DNA of 26,960 nt, from the IMG/VR virus record IMGVR_UViG_3300049049_000052, positions 1-26,960 of that record; one strand, written 5' to 3'. Both the position numbers and the translations under genes were made by a program. The notes under the pieces are model-generated. The model was not told the DNA's origin. It did no database searches and worked only from the letters and a program-made list of their open reading frames with translations. This DNA is from a virus. Taxonomy: Duplodnaviria > Caudoviricetes. Shown here piece after piece: positions 8,544 to 17,041 of this stretch. How positions within the stretch are numbered: position 1 is the first letter of the stretch; the number at the start of each line of letters is the position of its first letter.

Positions 8544-8900
8544 TTATAGTTTAAATTTTATAACAACATTGGCTTGCATCAGAATATCCTTCTCCATTTC
8601 CATTGATAAATAAAGGATATCATCGAATTTCCTCTCAAAGGTTCTATTCAAGGATTTCCAGATTTGCACGATTGAATATCTGTGAAGATTATAAACACGC
8701 CTATATATTTTACTAATCCGATAGCGCTCCTTTATCTGGTCATCTTTACTCCATGGGCTTTCCGAACTAGTTATATCCATCATGTTCTGACAGAAATAGG
8801 CAAGAAACGTCTCCTTTGACCTACTGTATTTCTTTTTCTTCACAGGTAAGGATTTCTTCTTTCGCTTAAAATTACCGGCATCTATAAAATTCAGTTTCAT
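8544..8900 (-). CDS. hypothetical basic protein
   Basis: 118 aa; 4-nt overlap with the upstream gene. Confidence 0.6.
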   Translation of the reverse strand: MKLNFIDAGNFKRKKKSLPVKKKKYSRSKETFLAYFCQNMMDITSSESPWSKDDQIKERYRISKIYRRVYNLHRYSIVQIWKSLNRTFERKFDDILYLSMEMEKDILMQANVVIKFKL

Positions 8901-9301
8901 TTCAGATTCTCTACCATCTCGATTACTTCAATCAAAACTTTTCTTCTTTCCTGAAGCATTCTTTTATGTGATATTTCAGGATTCATCCGTTTCAGTTCTG
9001 CCAGTACACGGGAGCGGAAGGATTCGACTTCTGAGGTATGTTTATAACCCAATTCCGATAACCTCTTAATGGAATATTCTATATCCATTGAGGCGTTGCC
9101 AATGGTTTCAATCTCTTGTTCTATTTCCTCTTTTTTATCTGCCTCGTCTTGCTCCCTCTTATGGCAATCATAACATACCACCACCTTTGAGTGCAGGCTA
9201 GGGTATCCATCTTGCAAATCAAACGGCTCCCCGCAGTCGCATGTGCAAGGTTCCTCCATTTCTGTCCATTTACTTTCCATAGTGCTGCTGTTTAAATCCA
9301 C
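8897..9301 (-). CDS. hypothetical protein with Zn-finger-like N-terminus
   Basis: CDCG...CYDC followed by a coiled coil. Confidence 0.65.
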   Translation of the reverse strand: MDLNSSTMESKWTEMEEPCTCDCGEPFDLQDGYPSLHSKVVVCYDCHKREQDEADKKEEIEQEIETIGNASMDIEYSIKRLSELGYKHTSEVESFRSRVLAELKRMNPEISHKRMLQERRKVLIEVIEMVENLK

Positions 9302-9522
9302 ATTCCATTAAAGTCTGCCTCTCCGCTAAGAATATCATCCTCGGTAGCTTTCCTTTTCTTGCCGAACTTTTCATTCTCAGCATCCCATCCACATCTTGAA
9401 CATATCTGATAATCAAAATCAATATCATCATAGGATCTTCCACATTTCGGGCAATCCTCATGAGGTTGGTTCTCATAATACTCATCATCAAAATAGTCGT
9501 CTTCTGGGTCTTTGTTTTCCAT
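9292..9522 (-). CDS. small acidic Zn-ribbon protein
   Basis: CPKCG-x11-CSRCG. Confidence 0.65.
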   Translation of the reverse strand: MENKDPEDDYFDDEYYENQPHEDCPKCGRSYDDIDFDYQICSRCGWDAENEKFGKKRKATEDDILSGEADFNGMWI

Positions 9523-9527
9523 AGGTA

Positions 9528-9821
9528 TTATTGTTTTGGGCCTGTATCAATTGTTGAATCGTTTTCGATTTGATCAAGGTATGCCGCTAAAAGAGCTGCT
9601 GCCTTAATTACATTTTCTCTGTGCGTTCTTTTAAATCTTTTCTGATGCCAAATTCTATCCCAGCCTGATGGGAAGTAAAAATCATTACCAGTAAGCAGGA
9701 ACTTTGCATAATCCTCCAGCTGGTCACCTTCGTATATTTTATCATGTTCTTGAGTAAAACCTTCTTTATCAATCTGCCTTTGCCTTTCTTCGGCGATCAA
9801 TTCTATTCCTGTTTTTTTCAT
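9528..9821 (-). CDS. conserved phage hypothetical protein
   Basis: IAEERQRQIDKEG..EHD...RENVIKAAALLAA motif, recurrent in phage accessory genes. Confidence 0.75.
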   Translation of the reverse strand: MKKTGIELIAEERQRQIDKEGFTQEHDKIYEGDQLEDYAKFLLTGNDFYFPSGWDRIWHQKRFKRTHRENVIKAAALLAAYLDQIENDSTIDTGPKQ

Positions 9822-9834
9822 GGTTTATAAGGGT

Positions 9835-10020
9835 TTATACTTCGTCCGATAACACCAGGCAATCATCTTTCGCCCATACTTTGCCGTCTCTGAAAGTGCA
9901 TTTTTTGACTTCCGCATTCTCAAGTAGGCTCAGATTGAATTCCTGGTCTATTTTCTCGATCATTACATCCATGTTATCTGGAATGGAATTTAGTTTTTCT
10001 TTTAATTCTCCGACTGTCAT
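9835..10020 (-). CDS. small phage protein (MTVxELxxxL...P type)
   Basis: MTVGELKEKLNSIPDNMDV N-terminus. Confidence 0.7.
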   Translation of the reverse strand: MTVGELKEKLNSIPDNMDVMIEKIDQEFNLSLLENAEVKKCTFRDGKVWAKDDCLVLSDEV

Positions 10021-10031
10021 ATTATATCTGG

Positions 10032-10274
10032 TTATCGTTTTAACATTCTTTCAGCTTCAGGCTTATGTTTCATAATGGCTTTAAATAATGCGGCAAGATA
10101 TTTCGGAGAAATAATAATTTCCTCTTGCTGATCATAATTACCATCTTGCCTTAAACATATTACTCCATCATAGAAATCTACATGAATTGGTTTTTCGGCC
10201 GTTCCATCCATATCGAAAACATCTCCTTGGTTAAAGGTGAATGTTGGCACGGTTATTAATTGTGGTTCCTTCAT
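10032..10274 (-). CDS. hypothetical protein
   Basis: 80-aa ORF tightly packed in the operon. Confidence 0.65.
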   Translation of the reverse strand: MKEPQLITVPTFTFNQGDVFDMDGTAEKPIHVDFYDGVICLRQDGNYDQQEEIIISPKYLAALFKAIMKHKPEAERMLKR

Positions 10275-10285
10275 TATTTTTATAG

Positions 10286-10594
10286 TTAGATTTTTACATG
10301 AGAATAAGTATTGTCCGGATTCTTAACCCATTTTCGATTCTTATTTTTAATCAGCTTAAGAGCGAAAGCGGATATAATTTCATTGACAGCAATTCCATGT
10401 CGGCCAGCGCTATCGAATAAGCACATCAGGGCATCAGCATATTCCTCCGGTACTTTTTTCCATGAATTGATATCGGATTCAATTTCCTTTATCTCTTCTT
10501 CTAATTTCCTCAGGCTACTTATTGCCGTGGCATCCGGAAATGTTTTCAAGCTCCACTGCAGCCGCTCATTTTCTAATTCTTCGATAGTGCTCAT
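10286..10594 (-). CDS. DUF550 / MazG-like dNTP pyrophosphohydrolase
   Basis: WSLKTFP, KLEEEIKEI, EEYADALMCLFD, KLIKNKNRKW; all-alpha NTP-PPase acidic pattern. Confidence 0.8.
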   Translation of the reverse strand: MSTIEELENERLQWSLKTFPDATAISSLRKLEEEIKEIESDINSWKKVPEEYADALMCLFDSAGRHGIAVNEIISAFALKLIKNKNRKWVKNPDNTYSHVKI

Positions 10595-10797
10595 ATCACA
10601 TCATTTTTAAATGTTACTTTCTTAAGTTTCTTCACCCTGGGCACATACTCCTTCACGCTAATGGTGAATAGCTTTCCGGTTTCAGGATCACGGAAGCGGG
10701 TGAAGCCACAGCCTTTCTCTTTGTACTGCGTTTCCGGCTCTGTTACATACCTATTGTATATCCGCTCTATGTCGGGTAAGGTCTCAGGCTTTTTCAT
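10591..10797 (-). CDS. hypothetical protein
   Basis: 68-aa ORF with 4-nt overlap. Confidence 0.55.
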   Translation of the reverse strand: MKKPETLPDIERIYNRYVTEPETQYKEKGCGFTRFRDPETGKLFTISVKEYVPRVKKLKKVTFKNDVI

Positions 10798-10804
10798 TTT
10801 ATTT

Positions 10805-12010
10805 TTACATCATTTCTTTAAACATGAATGGCATTACAGAGCCGTCACTATAGAATTTATCCATTACCTTATCGGCAAGTGGCTCAGATCCTGTCCATCC
10901 ATCAGGCCATGTATTATTTTCGATCAGCTTATTTATAAAATCTATTTCCTCCTGGTTAATAAAATCGACAGTTGGTCTGTTAATCTTGATAGCTTTGTTG
11001 TTTACCCTGGATTGTATGTCTATAATTTTTTCTAAAAACATCTTCCTTGATTCAAGCCTTAAAGGCCCCATTCTCTGCTGATTTTTGGCAAAATTTCCAT
11101 CTTTTTTCTTCTGACCTCCAGGCATTCTTATCCGATGCTTTGGCTTTTTCATTTCACGGTAGATCTGTTTTAATTCAAGAAGTGGAGATAAATAAGCCCA
11201 GTCTTTCATTTTACATACTGTGATTAGCGCCTTGTCCTTACTTGCCAATGGGCATCCCTGGCAACCGGTTCTTGCGTTGATATCTTCAGCATCATCCCCA
11301 CCGTAGGCATCAGCAACCATTGTTGTGTGCCAGGCGCCATACTTTTGTGATGGAGCATATATTTTTAGCCAATCCCATACAAGGCACACTCTCCAATGAA
11401 TAATTGGGGCAAGGGTGCTGCACGAAGCTGAATCCATTCCTGTTTGATACCATCCCTGGCCGCACTCTGATCCATCTTTGCTGCAGCTCATTGATATCCT
11501 ACCATCCCTTATTGATGATTCCCCCTGACGAACACCGGTTATCATAAGTATCTTTTGCCCTATTTTTTTGTGGAGTTCTGCCAGAGCATCGATCATTGGA
11601 TCTACCTTTATATGACCTGTACACCATCTGAAGGTATTGCTAGGAGGCGGGACACCTCTCCCCAATATGTATACAAGGAATCTTTTTTCTATAGGAGCCA
11701 TCACTACGTTTACAGATATTCCCCTTTCCACCATCTGTTTTATCAAAGCTTGGGCCGATATCCACAGCGGCGCAATTTCTTGCCTTGTATCAGCATAAAA
11801 AATGGTTACGGATTTTGGGTTAGGTATCTGCCCTGTGGTAATTAACTGCAGGGTTAATGTTGCAACGGTGGTGCTATCCTTCCCGCCGCTCCATGCGATT
11901 GCCCAATGATCATGTCTTTTGCCATATTCATTAAGTGAATCAATGGTCAGCCCTATAGCTTCATCAATACTCATCCTACCTGTACCGAAAAGGAATAACT
12001 CATTTCTCAT
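10805..12010 (-). CDS. PAPS-reductase-family (DndC-like) PP-loop protein
   Basis: PP-loop AWSGGKDST, GVPPPSNTFRWCT, TGVRQGES..R, and Cys motif RTGCQGCP. Confidence 0.85.
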   Translation of the reverse strand: MRNELFLFGTGRMSIDEAIGLTIDSLNEYGKRHDHWAIAWSGGKDSTTVATLTLQLITTGQIPNPKSVTIFYADTRQEIAPLWISAQALIKQMVERGISVNVVMAPIEKRFLVYILGRGVPPPSNTFRWCTGHIKVDPMIDALAELHKKIGQKILMITGVRQGESSIRDGRISMSCSKDGSECGQGWYQTGMDSASCSTLAPIIHWRVCLVWDWLKIYAPSQKYGAWHTTMVADAYGGDDAEDINARTGCQGCPLASKDKALITVCKMKDWAYLSPLLELKQIYREMKKPKHRIRMPGGQKKKDGNFAKNQQRMGPLRLESRKMFLEKIIDIQSRVNNKAIKINRPTVDFINQEEIDFINKLIENNTWPDGWTGSEPLADKVMDKFYSDGSVMPFMFKEMM

Positions 12011-12186
12011 TTCTTTACCTCCTGTTTTAAAACATCCATATTATCTTCAATGTACTTTTTGAGCTCGCCGAAGCATTTATTATTCTCATGAAGCCAGATC
12101 AGATAATGAGCTGGTACCTCAATTAATTTCTTTCCCGTGTACTTACCGAAGGGCATCGGGGTTTGATCATCGAATGGTTTATTCAT
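12007..12186 (-). CDS. DUF3820-like small protein, 59 aa (not in the ORF track)
   Basis: MPFGKYTGKKLIEVPAHYLIWL motif; ATGA overlaps with both neighbours. Confidence 0.8.
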   Translation of the reverse strand: MNKPFDDQTPMPFGKYTGKKLIEVPAHYLIWLHENNKCFGELKKYIEDNMDVLKQEVKK

Positions 12187-12590
12187 AACAGATTAGAGTT
12201 TTCGTGGATATTTCCGATTACTTCAATTTTTCTGTGGTAACCATCATACAAGCACCTTAGATTGCACTCTGACCCCCATGAGCCAAGCATTGTCTTATTA
12301 TCTGTACCGTAATCGTGATTCAGCCCAAATAATCCCTTATCAAATTCAACGACTGATTTACTGGCAGGAGTTTTAACTATATCTCCCTCATAAATTTCCT
12401 TGCCGTTCTTGTCATGGAGGCCGGTGAATTGCATGATTTCGCAATTATGCCCTGGTATATTCATTATTTGCTTAGCATCGATCTGGACCCGATCTATTTT
12501 GCCTGAAATGTTCAGTGAATATAAATTGACCTTATAGGACATCTTTCTGTGTCCCTTATCCCAAGCCCTGAATTTTATTTCTCTAGTCAT
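12183..12590 (-). CDS. YopX family protein
   Basis: REIKFRAWD, MQFTGLHDKNGKEIYEGDIV, EVIGNIHEN. Confidence 0.93.
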   Translation of the reverse strand: MTREIKFRAWDKGHRKMSYKVNLYSLNISGKIDRVQIDAKQIMNIPGHNCEIMQFTGLHDKNGKEIYEGDIVKTPASKSVVEFDKGLFGLNHDYGTDNKTMLGSWGSECNLRCLYDGYHRKIEVIGNIHENSNLL

Positions 12591-12951
12591 TTGTTGATCG
12601 TTTAATTACATATCCCTTTTCTAATGCTTCAGCAGCATTATCTCTTATCCAATCGTGGCCGGCCTGAGATACTGCCATGAAATACTTTTCCTCTAAAAGC
12701 ATTTTACCTGAACGGCCTTTTTTATGATGAACCTGATTTGATCTCAGTTCAGGAAATACGCCGCATCTTGGATTTAACATCAGGAAAACCTTAGCCTTTA
12801 CTGAATACTTCCTTTCTTCCTTTTCCCTCTCAGGTCTCCTGCGCCGGATCTTCTTATACCGCGGCTTATCTTTTACCTCCACAGCTTTAGTATTACATAT
12901 GTGGCACACATTCCCCTTGGGCCAGCAGCCACAGTTCGAACATTGGATCAT
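12583..12951 (-). CDS. Zn-ribbon plus degenerate HNH-like protein
   Basis: N-terminal CxxC/CxxC; VHHKKGR...FMAVSQAGHDWI resembles an HNH core with Cys residues lost. Confidence 0.6.
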   Translation of the reverse strand: MIQCSNCGCWPKGNVCHICNTKAVEVKDKPRYKKIRRRRPEREKEERKYSVKAKVFLMLNPRCGVFPELRSNQVHHKKGRSGKMLLEEKYFMAVSQAGHDWIRDNAAEALEKGYVIKRSTND

Positions 12952-13115
12952 AAACTGTCCTCTTCAATTTCTCTCCAATCAATTCCGTTGGTAGTGTATC
13001 GCTGAGCTACCAGATCATAAACCACCATACCTACATCCTTTGAAAAGTGATTCAGCGAATCAAACCAGTTGGTAAAAAATGGGCCTTGTGTGTTTGTTGT
13101 TATTAAGTATCTCAT
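12948..13115 (-). CDS. hypothetical protein, 55 aa (not in the ORF track)
   Basis: MRYLITTNTQGPFFTNWFDSLNHFSKDVGMVVYDLVAQRYTTNGIDWREIEEDSL; fills the gap with ATGA overlaps at both ends. Confidence 0.7.
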   Translation of the reverse strand: MRYLITTNTQGPFFTNWFDSLNHFSKDVGMVVYDLVAQRYTTNGIDWREIEEDSL

Positions 13116-13912
13116 ATAGGGAACTGTCTAAGTTTTAAATCTTCTGGAAACATTTCAAAATCATCCCCTTTATGATCATGTGGGGTTAATTTCATCCGCT
13201 CAAGGTTTCCTGTTTTCGCTGATGGATAAACCGGATTTGAACCCAATTGCTTCATGAAAAATGGAACGTCAAGAATTTGGCATTGCTCTTTTATAGACCT
13301 TGCCCATTCTATATTAAATGGCCTGGCATCCTTCTTAAAGCCAGACTCACCGCCAACAATTACCCATTGCAATCCAGGTAAAAAATCCATCAAATCAAGT
13401 CTTGAAAGAAGGGGCTCACATGATAAAAATCTTACAGTTGCTTTAACATTTATCAGGTCCTCAATCATTTTATAATCTCTGGCACTTCCAATTGAGGTTC
13501 CAAGCCAAACATTATCATATCCGGATCCCCAATCTTCCGGAAGAAACCTGTTTATATTTTCAGGCCGCTTTGTCAAAATCAACCAATCCAGATGTGGAGT
13601 ATCTTTGATAATCTTCCAGGCTTTAATTCTGGTTTCGGCGATCTGCTCATTATCCTCAAAAAAGTCTGATAATGATGATGCGAACACCTTATAACGTAAT
13701 CCCATCTGACCGGCTTGTTTATTCCATCTGGCAGGATTTCCCCAGGTGGATGTGGTAATATGTCTGCGGGAATTTGGCCCCCATAAATCCTTTCCGTGAT
13801 ACCTTTGTGAGAATGCTTCAGCATAGCAAAACTTGCATGCATCTGTTACTTTCTGACATCCCATCCAGAAGTTCATGGTATGGTCTGTCCACTGTATTTT
13901 ACTGTTTTCCAT
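13112..13912 (-). CDS. DUF5131 (Gp37/Gp68) radical-SAM-like protein
   Basis: SKIQWTDHT, GCQKVTDACKFCYA, LILTKRPEN, FLSCEPLL, WVIVGGESG, PFFMKQLG. Confidence 0.92.
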   Translation of the reverse strand: MENSKIQWTDHTMNFWMGCQKVTDACKFCYAEAFSQRYHGKDLWGPNSRRHITTSTWGNPARWNKQAGQMGLRYKVFASSLSDFFEDNEQIAETRIKAWKIIKDTPHLDWLILTKRPENINRFLPEDWGSGYDNVWLGTSIGSARDYKMIEDLINVKATVRFLSCEPLLSRLDLMDFLPGLQWVIVGGESGFKKDARPFNIEWARSIKEQCQILDVPFFMKQLGSNPVYPSAKTGNLERMKLTPHDHKGDDFEMFPEDLKLRQFPI

Positions 13913-14124
13913 TATGCAGCTTTGCGTTTAAATTTTTGGTCAATTATTAAAATCTTTCTTTCGTATATCTTCATATCCACCCTTAGCCGGCTCTGCTTCT
14001 TTTCGATCTCCCGAATACATCTGCCATTATTCAAATGCTTGTTCATGGTTCTCTGTAGCTTTTCAATCTGTATCCTGAGACCATCAGCTCTCAGCTGGAA
14101 TAGGTCCCGTGCTGAACTAATCAT
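13912..14124 (-). CDS. small coiled-coil hypothetical protein
   Basis: 70 aa, overlapping both neighbours. Confidence 0.55.
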   Translation of the reverse strand: MISSARDLFQLRADGLRIQIEKLQRTMNKHLNNGRCIREIEKKQSRLRVDMKIYERKILIIDQKFKRKAA

Positions 14125-14933
14125 TTCCTTTTATCAATTGAATTGGCTGGGAACTCAACCTTGTTAAACATTTCACGCATCCGGCTTCTTACCCTGGTTC
14201 CATAAGATGATTCAATCTGCTCAGCACTAAGATTTGTTGATAAGTGAGTAACAACCTTTGTTTCATACCGGCTGAGAATAATATCAGCCATCACATTTGA
14301 TTCATTTCCGAAGTTCTTAACTGACACCTCTGTGCCTAAATCATCAAAGCATACTGATAAATAATCCTGGCCATACTTCTTTCCTTCATGCCCGGCCCTG
14401 ATCAGGTTGTAATACTTCTCAATCGCCTCATATCCCTTCTTTGCGTACTCAGATGATACATGCCGGCACGGAACCAGGTGAAAGCTCTGATGGGGGTTTG
14501 TAGCGAACAATTTAAATAAGGTTGTCTTTCCACATCCAACATTACCGTGAAGCAGAATCCCTTTTTTCAGGCTGTATTCTTCCCCCATGCTTTCAAACTC
14601 CGGACTACCAGTGAAATAATGGCAAAGTGTTTTTGCGATTACAAGCTCGTCTGGCGTAAATACCAGATCAATACTTTGTTCCATTGCCCGAACCTTGATA
14701 ATCTCAAACATCTGATCTGGGGTAAGTTTGATAACCTGCCTTGGCTGACGTAATTTTTCAGCATAGGCAAGCTCCCGCAGGTGTGCAAGTTTCCTTTCAC
14801 GGGCATGGAATACAGCCTCGTTAAGTTCTTCAGGAGTTAAAACATCATCCTTATAGTTTTCCAAACCCGGAAGAACCGGAAGTTTGAAGGGTTGAGGTAA
14901 GATCTTTTCTAACTGTGTTTGAATCTTTTCCAT
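14121..14933 (-). CDS. DnaC/IstB-like AAA+ helicase loader
   Basis: Walker A GNVGCGKT, Walker B FDDLGTE, STNL, YGTRVRSRMREM; follows the initiator. Confidence 0.85.
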   Translation of the reverse strand: MEKIQTQLEKILPQPFKLPVLPGLENYKDDVLTPEELNEAVFHARERKLAHLRELAYAEKLRQPRQVIKLTPDQMFEIIKVRAMEQSIDLVFTPDELVIAKTLCHYFTGSPEFESMGEEYSLKKGILLHGNVGCGKTTLFKLFATNPHQSFHLVPCRHVSSEYAKKGYEAIEKYYNLIRAGHEGKKYGQDYLSVCFDDLGTEVSVKNFGNESNVMADIILSRYETKVVTHLSTNLSAEQIESSYGTRVRSRMREMFNKVEFPANSIDKRK

Positions 14934-15585
14934 TGCTATTAAATTTTAATTCGTTCGCGGCCCAGGTGACCAATCTTTTTTTTATGTCGAAAACAAGCTC
15001 ATGCTCGAATCTCATTTTTTTTGACCTTGGGCTTTTTTCAGCCCAGTAGTCAATAAATTTTTTTAATCTTTCAGGAGGGTGGTCAATCGCCAGATTGACT
15101 TCTGCGATGAAATCCTTTTCCCTTTCTTCTATAGTTTTATTTACTTTACTCTCCTTTACTATAGTTTCCTTTACTTTACTTTGTGTACTTTCGGATTCCG
15201 AAACTGTTTTTTCTGCTGGTTTCTGCTTCTGAAACTCTTCTCTTTGTTTGTTTCGCTTGCCTATAAGACCACTGAAACGCCTGATCATGTTCTCGCTGAA
15301 GATTTCCCCTTCCAGATTGATAAGCAGTTCTATCTTCTGAAAGTATTCTAAAATCTCTTTAAGCTTATCTGTCTCAACCTCAAAATCGCCGGCCCATAAT
15401 TCAAGATTCATGTCATTGTATTTCATGGTAAATCCATCCGACTTTGACAACTTCTCAAGCATCATATTCCAGATCGAATACCCTTCATGCTTGAACTTTC
15501 TCCGGACGGCTTTTATCTTCTCGTCATTCCTCATATCATTATCATGAGAGAAGTAATCAGCGTTATTCTTTTTGGGCCTTGCCAT
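14851..15585 (-). CDS. phage replication initiator (DUF4373/Lin1244-like N-terminus)
   Basis: MARPKK..ADYFSHD...DEKI..VRRKF..EGY N-terminus, KVKE repeat linker and C-terminal FIDYWAE domain; paired with the DnaC-like gene. Confidence 0.78.
   Translation of the reverse strand: MARPKKNNADYFSHDNDMRNDEKIKAVRRKFKHEGYSIWNMMLEKLSKSDGFTMKYNDMNLELWAGDFEVETDKLKEILEYFQKIELLINLEGEIFSENMIRRFSGLIGKRNKQREEFQKQKPAEKTVSESESTQSKVKETIVKESKVNKTIEEREKDFIAEVNLAIDHPPERLKKFIDYWAEKSPRSKKMRFEHELVFDIKKRLVTWAANELKFNSNGKDSNTVRKDLTSTLQTSGSSGFGKL
15126..15185. repeat. imperfect 15-bp-period TTTAC repeats inside the initiator gene
   Basis: CTTCTATAGTTTTAT / TTACTTTACTCTCCT / TTACTATAGTTTCCT / TTACTTTACTTTGTG. Confidence 0.6.
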
Positions 15586-15588
15586 TCT

Positions 15589-16122
15589 TTAATTGATATC
15601 AAGTTCTAACTGTGGATTTGGAGCATGCTTCCCATTAATGTATGCCTGAACTTCCTGCTCACATAGATCTACGGCTATGTAAAGCTCACGCAGGAAATGA
15701 TATCCGCTCTGCTCCGTCTCCGGATCAAACTTTGTGAATGGTGTGGTAAGGTTCAGGACCTTTTTACCGCGGAGCATCTTCCGGCCAATGATTGTAACTC
15801 CGGAGTGTTCATCATTACCCCCCAGGGAGAAACCAGTAACCCTGAACTTATCAAAGCGAGGATCCTGGTATATCTCTTCGGTATCGAAATGGTACCGATC
15901 CACATTCTCATCATCCACAATCTCGGCCAACATGACCAGGTGAGGTATAAGCCGGTTGAAAGCTTTTTTCAGATCTTCATGAATGATCTTCCGGGATTTG
16001 GAAGCTATCTCCGTGGAAACAGTATCATCACCGTCAGCCTCCGTTAAAAGGTATTCTGTTTCAAGAAAAGTATCGTCTGCGATCTTTGCCTTTTTAATGG
16101 TTAATGTTAGGTTCTCATTCAT
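15589..16122 (-). CDS. conserved phage hypothetical protein
   Basis: 177 aa, IHEDL...VTGFS...GVTIIG...LNLTTP; function unknown. Confidence 0.75.
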   Translation of the reverse strand: MNENLTLTIKKAKIADDTFLETEYLLTEADGDDTVSTEIASKSRKIIHEDLKKAFNRLIPHLVMLAEIVDDENVDRYHFDTEEIYQDPRFDKFRVTGFSLGGNDEHSGVTIIGRKMLRGKKVLNLTTPFTKFDPETEQSGYHFLRELYIAVDLCEQEVQAYINGKHAPNPQLELDIN

Positions 16123-16126
16123 AGGT

Positions 16127-17041
16127 TTATACTATTTGGTAAAATTTATTAGTCTGATCTATTGCTTTAAAAATCTGAAAGGCTACTTGAGGAACTATTG
16201 CGTTACCTCCAGCCTCTAAGCTGCTTTTATTCCACTCTGTTTTTGAAATGGTTGTAGTGTCCAGTCGGGAGGAAATCCCATCATTTCCATCACGAACAGG
16301 GGAGACAGTCGGGAATTCTGACCAGTTATTGAATTGATTGTATCCCCTAAAGAGTTGTTCGCCGATCTCCCTTTCATCGCTAGAGTATCTGGATGCCTTC
16401 CTCCTTTGTATTCTCTTCTCGTTGGTGTTGGTGTTGGTAGCATGCCCATTACTGCTAATTGATGTAAGTTCACTCCAAATCTTTCCCCCTTCTTCGACTT
16501 GTTTACTACTTTGCCATTCTCTATTTGTGGCAGCCTGTTGCCCATCGATTTCACTACTGTAGGCAACAAACCAAATTCTATCTCTTCGATGCGGAGCATT
16601 GACGGCACAAGCTGGAAGTAGTACCGGTTGTACTTTATACCCTTCATTTTCCAAGTCAGTACACACTTCGTTGAAAACCAATCCCCCCCCCCAATTAATG
16701 AGGCCAGGAACATTTTCTCCCACAATCCAAACCGGTTGAATTTCTCTAATTGTTCTAAGCATCTCCGGCCAGAGGTGTCTTTCATCTTCTTTGCCCTTTC
16801 TTTTGCCAGCAAGAGAATATGGCTGGCATGGGAATCCTCCGGTAAGTATGTCAATCTGTCCTCTGTGAATAGTGAAATCTGTTTTGGTAATGTCTGCATA
16901 ACTTATAGCCTTTGGCCAGTAGTGTTTTAATATTTTTTGCCCGAACTCATTCCATTCACAATGAAAAACATTCTCCCAACCCATCCATTCCGCTGCGAGG
17001 TCAAAACCTCCAATCCCAGAGAATAAGCTTCCGTGTGTCAT
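16127..17041 (-). CDS. C5 cytosine DNA methyltransferase, alpha chain (lacks motif IX)
   Basis: motif I SLFSGIGG, IV GGFPCQ, VI ENV, VIII PHRRDRIW, X GNAIVPQVA. Confidence 0.92.
   Translation of the reverse strand: MTHGSLFSGIGGFDLAAEWMGWENVFHCEWNEFGQKILKHYWPKAISYADITKTDFTIHRGQIDILTGGFPCQPYSLAGKRKGKEDERHLWPEMLRTIREIQPVWIVGENVPGLINWGGGLVFNEVCTDLENEGYKVQPVLLPACAVNAPHRRDRIWFVAYSSEIDGQQAATNREWQSSKQVEEGGKIWSELTSISSNGHATNTNTNEKRIQRRKASRYSSDEREIGEQLFRGYNQFNNWSEFPTVSPVRDGNDGISSRLDTTTISKTEWNKSSLEAGGNAIVPQVAFQIFKAIDQTNKFYQIV
16216..16899 (-). CDS. nested alternate-frame ORF, putative methyltransferase beta chain
   Basis: 227-codon ORF wholly inside the MTase gene, with LLPT and MLPTP segments, ending in RLSPLFVMEMMGFPPDWT (motif IX-like). 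Confidence 0.75.
   Translation of the reverse strand: MQTLPKQISLFTEDRLTYLPEDSHASHILLLAKERAKKMKDTSGRRCLEQLEKFNRFGLWEKMFLASLIGGGDWFSTKCVLTWKMKGIKYNRYYFQLVPSMLRIEEIEFGLLPTVVKSMGNRLPQIENGKVVNKSKKGERFGVNLHQLAVMGMLPTPTPTRREYKGGRHPDTLAMKGRSANNSLGDTINSITGQNSRLSPLFVMEMMGFPPDWTLQPFQKQSGIKAA

Noticed and set aside
10286-10594. 2-aminoadenine (Z) genome pathway suggested by DUF550
   Set aside because: No PurZ, DatZ or dedicated polymerase in the window; DUF550 alone is common
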